A DNA stretch of 64,000 nucleotides from the NCBI GenBank assembly GCA_964486045.1, contig CAZALK010000008.1, positions 96,001 through 160,000 of the forward strand, written 5' to 3'. Of the stretch, positions 60,253 to 64,000 are shown one piece after another (positions within the stretch are counted from its first letter, which is position 1; each line of letters opens with the position of its first letter). The notes under the pieces are model-generated. The model was not told the DNA's origin. It saw only the letters and a list, made by a program, of their open reading frames with translations, and searched no databases. The stretch is from an uncultured archaeon. GTDB taxonomy: Archaea > Asgardarchaeota > Lokiarchaeia > Sigyniarchaeales > SOKP01. A program made the translations under genes and the position numbers.

Positions 60253-60900
60253 ATGAATTCTAAAAAAGATAATTTTGGACCTTCAGCTGATGTTAAAAGT
60301 TATGTATTAGCATCAGGAGCAGATATCGTAGGGATTGCAGATCCTTTCAAATTAGCTGAGATTTCTGGAAAAAAAAGCCCATTTTCAGCCATGGAAAACA
60401 CCAAATCAGTAATTATTTTTGGAATTGCTATGCCAAAAGAAATTATTGAAGAAGCTCCTGAAGCAGAGTACCAGAGAAGGCTTGCAAATTACTTCGATAA
60501 ATTAAGAAGAATAGCTAAAAAAGTAGCAAGACAGCTTAAAGAACAAGGATTTAATAGCTATCCTTGCCATGATCAAGATAATATTGAACACAAAAAGGCA
60601 GCTGAGCTGGCTGGACTCGGTAGAGTAGGAAGTCATACTCTTTTGATTACACCCCTTTATGGCCCAAGGGTGCATTTAAACTCAGTATTAACTGATCAAA
60701 TTCTTCAATTTGATACTATTATAGAAACTAAAATTTGCGATCAATGCGACGAATGCATCAAAGGTTGCCCCCCTGCTGCTTTAAAAAAAGGTTTAGAAGT
60801 GGATCGCCAAAAATGCCTAAATTATCGTTACACAAAATTAAAAAGACGTTATTGTGGTTTATGCATGAAAATTTGCTGGGAACATCTTGGATGTCCTTAG
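60253..60900 (+). CDS. Epoxyqueuosine reductase/reductive dehalogenase-like 4Fe-4S protein
   Basis: GADIVGIA, HKKAAELAGLG, LLITPLYGPRVHL..VLTD, CDQCDECIKGCP, CGLCMKIC. Confidence 0.8.
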   Translation: MNSKKDNFGPSADVKSYVLASGADIVGIADPFKLAEISGKKSPFSAMENTKSVIIFGIAMPKEIIEEAPEAEYQRRLANYFDKLRRIAKKVARQLKEQGFNSYPCHDQDNIEHKKAAELAGLGRVGSHTLLITPLYGPRVHLNSVLTDQILQFDTIIETKICDQCDECIKGCPPAALKKGLEVDRQKCLNYRYTKLKRRYCGLCMKICWEHLGCP

Positions 60901-60967
60901 TATATTTTACCCCAACTCTAAATTTCTAAAGAAAATTTTTGATAGATTAAGGTTTTATCTCATAAAG

Positions 60968-61717
60968 CTAAATCCAACAATCTATCGTAGCATTTTTTAG
61001 AGGAATTTTCTTTTTTGATGTACGAGGCTTCCATTTTAATAACCGCTTTTCAGGCATGTAAGGATGCTGAAAGAGGGTGTATTCTGCATAACGTTCGTCA
61101 TCATTTATCATTACGAGCACACTCCCAAAATGAGAAAGAATTTTTCCCCCTTTTGGCCTGAAAAGAGAATGTTCATGTAAAGGTGCTGTTATAATAATGA
61201 GGGGATTTGTCTTCCAAAGGATCTTTCTAATCCCATCTAAGGTTCTTAGTAGATCTTCAAAAGTCTGTTTTTCGTAGGCCTCAAACAGAGTTGTAATTCC
61301 CGAGATCATCACAACTTTCACATCTTCAAGTATGGAAAGTTTGTTCTCTAAAATTTCAACCATTTGCTCCCAAGTGAAAGCTCTGCTTATGAGAATATTT
61401 TTCAAAACCTTTTGGGGGGACAGGTTTTGAGTAACTGCAAATTTACTTACATTATAAGGGTTAAATCGATTATTTCCATCGACAAATGCAACTTTGATAC
61501 CTTCTCCAAGTCCTCCATTACTAAACGCTTTTTGGGCAATAACGGCAGTTGTTAATAAAATATTTGTCGTTAATTTCTTGTCTCCATAAAGCAGATAGAC
61601 TAAATCTCGGTGAAATCCTCCGGAAAGCAACTCATCGAGAGTTTTATCTCCGCTTGAAATGAGAGGAGAATGAATATTCCTTTTGTACACCTTGAATCCT
61701 GAATCAAACGTCATCAT
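60968..61717 (-). CDS. RadA/RecA-fold protein with degenerate Walker A (PolB2-cassette component)
   Basis: SSGDKTLDELLSGGF; Walker A replaced by LYGDKKLTT; FVDGNNRFNPY; NILISRAFTWEQ; PKGGKILSH; PIP-like tail NATIDCWI; ATG 61717 preferred. Confidence 0.85.
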   Translation of the reverse strand: MMTFDSGFKVYKRNIHSPLISSGDKTLDELLSGGFHRDLVYLLYGDKKLTTNILLTTAVIAQKAFSNGGLGEGIKVAFVDGNNRFNPYNVSKFAVTQNLSPQKVLKNILISRAFTWEQMVEILENKLSILEDVKVVMISGITTLFEAYEKQTFEDLLRTLDGIRKILWKTNPLIIITAPLHEHSLFRPKGGKILSHFGSVLVMINDDERYAEYTLFQHPYMPEKRLLKWKPRTSKKKIPLKNATIDCWI

Positions 61718-61793
61718 ATGAAGAAACAATTCTTCAAAATAAAATAACAATACACCGACAATTTTCTGAAATTTATGGGTTTTGTCTAGAGTT

Positions 61794-61807
61794 AAACAAT
61801 ATTGTTT
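61794..61807. promoter_or_regulatory. Perfect 14-bp palindrome (possible operator) between divergent radA-like and fadD genes
   Basis: aaacaatattgttt; extra half-sites gaaacaa (61723) and ttgtttc (61844). Confidence 0.3.
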
Positions 61808-62022
61808 CCTTTTTAAGGATATAATGACCTTTTAAAAGTAAGGTTGTTTCATAGAGAGAGAGAGGGGGGTGATTGAAAATAAAAATTTAAGTAATAATAT
61901 AGAGAAAGCTTTGATATTATCGAAAAAATTCAGAAAGCAAGATTTTTGTATTTTTTATATCAAAAATTTTTATTTTATATCTTCAATATAAATTATTAAT
62001 ACTAATTTTAAGTGAATTTTTT

Positions 62023-63738
62023 ATGGAAAGTCCTTATACAAGTCGTTTTTGGAAGAAAAATTGGGATAGTTTCATTTCTGACTTAAAACCGGAGGAATAT
62101 GATACTACCATGGTCGATATGTTTAAACCCACATTTAAAGATTACCCGAATGTTATGGCTTTAGAATATTTTGGAAGAGAAATTACGTTCGCAGAATTAG
62201 ATAAATATTCTAATCAATTTGCGAGAATGCTAAGTGAAAACGGTTTTAAAAAAGGGGATATTGTTGGAATCAACTTACCCAATACACCTCAATATGTTAT
62301 AGCCGCTGTGGGAACATTAAAAGCTGATTGTATTATTTCTGGCGTTTCTCCCCTTTTAGCAGCAGTTCAGATGCAATACCAATTAAACGATTTAGGTACA
62401 AATGGAAAACAGGTTGCCTTGATAACCCTTGATTCAAGTTTTTCTAATAATGTAGTAAAAATCGCGGATTCTATTAAGCAACTAAATCTAGTTATTACGA
62501 CTAATGTAGCGAGTTTTCTCCCAACAATAACTGAAGAATTAATCAAATCTTATGGGGAAATTTCTGAAGTAGAAGTCCCCCAAATAGAAGGAAAGATGGT
62601 TCTAGACTTACATGATGATATTTTAAATGAAGTTTCGTCAAAACCGGTAAATACTGAAACGACTCCTGATGATATTGGATGGATTCAATATACAGGTGGG
62701 ACGACTGGTCCACCTAAGGGGGCGATGCTTACTCATAGAGGTCGGGCTTCAAATGTGATTAGTCTAGCAAGGTGGCTCCAATGGAAAAGGGCAGCAGAAA
62801 TAACTTGTTCAGGATTCCCTTTTTTTCATATCGCTGGAGTAAATACATCTGAGATCAGCATTTATACAGCAACCAGCCAGCTATTAGTTCTGAATCCACG
62901 CGATATTGATTATATTGTTAACCTTATAGAGAAATACCGTCCAACGAATCTATCAAATGTACCTTCGTTATACCAACTTTTAATGCGAAATCCCAGATTT
63001 AAAGAACTAGATCATTCTAATTTACGATTTTGCTTCTGTGCGGCATCACCTTTTCCAAAAGAATCCCAAGGGGAATTAGAAAGTATAATCGGCAAAAATA
63101 AGCTCATAGAAGTGTACGGAATGACTGAACTTTCACCTGTGGCGACAGTGAACCCCTTTATGGGTGTGAAAAAGCTAGGTACGGTTGGATTACCAATCCA
63201 AAATGTTGTGTTAAAGATTGTAGACCCAGAAACTGGAGAGGAGGTACCTATAGGAGAACCGGGAGAAATTCTCGCTGCAGGTCCACTAGTAATGCCCGGC
63301 TATCATAATAAACCAGAAGAAACTAAAAATGCTATAGACAAGGATGGTTATATGCACACAGGTGATGTAGGAATTATGGATGAGGATGGATACATCAAAA
63401 TAGTTGATCGTACAAAAGATATGATAATTGTTGGTGGGTTCAAGGTTTTTTCTGCTAAAATCGAAGATGTTTTATCTAAAAATCCCGCAGTAGGTACGAT
63501 CGCTTTGATTGGTACTCCCAACCCAAACCGCCCGGGTTCTGAAATTGTTAAAGCTTATATACAACTTCATCCGGAATATGAATATAGTGGAGACGACGAC
63601 GCTGTTAAAGAAGATATAATAAAGTTTGCTAAAGAGAATTGTGCTCCTTATGAAGTTCCAAAGATTATTGAGTTTGTTAAGGAATTACCGCTTACGCCTG
63701 TTGGGAAGATTGATAAAAAGGTCCTACGAAAAAGGTAG
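62023..63738 (+). CDS. fadD: Long-chain fatty acid-CoA ligase (paralogue of 31042-32745)
   Basis: YTGGTTGPPKG, EVYGMTE, HTGDVG, DRTKDMI, LPLTPVGKIDKK. Confidence 0.93.
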   Translation: MESPYTSRFWKKNWDSFISDLKPEEYDTTMVDMFKPTFKDYPNVMALEYFGREITFAELDKYSNQFARMLSENGFKKGDIVGINLPNTPQYVIAAVGTLKADCIISGVSPLLAAVQMQYQLNDLGTNGKQVALITLDSSFSNNVVKIADSIKQLNLVITTNVASFLPTITEELIKSYGEISEVEVPQIEGKMVLDLHDDILNEVSSKPVNTETTPDDIGWIQYTGGTTGPPKGAMLTHRGRASNVISLARWLQWKRAAEITCSGFPFFHIAGVNTSEISIYTATSQLLVLNPRDIDYIVNLIEKYRPTNLSNVPSLYQLLMRNPRFKELDHSNLRFCFCAASPFPKESQGELESIIGKNKLIEVYGMTELSPVATVNPFMGVKKLGTVGLPIQNVVLKIVDPETGEEVPIGEPGEILAAGPLVMPGYHNKPEETKNAIDKDGYMHTGDVGIMDEDGYIKIVDRTKDMIIVGGFKVFSAKIEDVLSKNPAVGTIALIGTPNPNRPGSEIVKAYIQLHPEYEYSGDDDAVKEDIIKFAKENCAPYEVPKIIEFVKELPLTPVGKIDKKVLRKR

Positions 63739-64000
63739 TTAAATAAAAAAATCATTCTATTGTCTTTGTAAGAAATGAGATACGGTAGCCAACAAAAATA
63801 ATCTAATATTCTTAAATAATCCTATCAAGAAAAGTAAAATAGTTGTTTTATAATTGAAAAAAAGTTATGAAAGCAATATTATGTCACAACTTTTAAATAT
63901 TAAAGGATAATATGTATTGGATGGGTGTAAAATAAAAAATTTCAACCTTAAATAGCATGTAGATAGCATAGTTTAAAGACTTTTCCTTTTTTGAATAGAA

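Noticed and set aside
60253-60900. Bona fide queG or respiratory reductive dehalogenase
   Set aside because: Short, no Tat signal or membrane anchor partner, no queuosine genes nearby; kept as a family-level call only
1-64000. tRNA/rRNA genes and selenocysteine read-through ORFs
   Set aside because: No GC-rich cloverleaf or rRNA-like stretch found by eye, and no TGA-interrupted conserved ORF noticed; tRNAscan-SE/Infernal would be needed to exclude them fully

Overview
AT-rich archaeal chromosome segment, most likely from a Lokiarchaeia (Promethearchaeia, Asgard) genome. This is inferred from the FW[AG]HCSNLQ-domain/LRR proteins, the expanded acyl-CoA ligase, VOC and Fe-S paralogues, a PolB2 cassette, GGTGA/GGAG ribosome-binding sites and oligo-T terminators. 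No rRNA, tRNA, CRISPR array or recognisable integrase/transposase was found. Layout: (1) 1-4.1 kb, short orphan ORFs abutting an apparently 3'-truncated DUF47/PhoU-like gene; (2) 5.5-14.4 kb, fatty-acid, sugar and amino-acid metabolism; (3) a 3155-aa almost entirely transmembrane protein with an internal ~250-aa duplication; (4) livKHMGF + HEAT-repeat + acyl-CoA ligase, then a GH20 hexosaminidase and further metabolic genes; (5) an inverted pair of membrane-anchored C1q/TNF-like paralogues around an aldo-keto reductase; (6) the main finding, an ~11-kb island bracketed by two diverged copies of the polB2 3' end. The island carries a Mokosh type I-like kinase-helicase + PLD-like pair whose PLD motifs are degenerate, a 959-aa orphan and an LRR protein. 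It is attached to a putative mutagenesis cassette (inactive RadA-like gene, arCOG07300-like gene, PolB2). All family assignments come from motif recognition by eye, not database searches.
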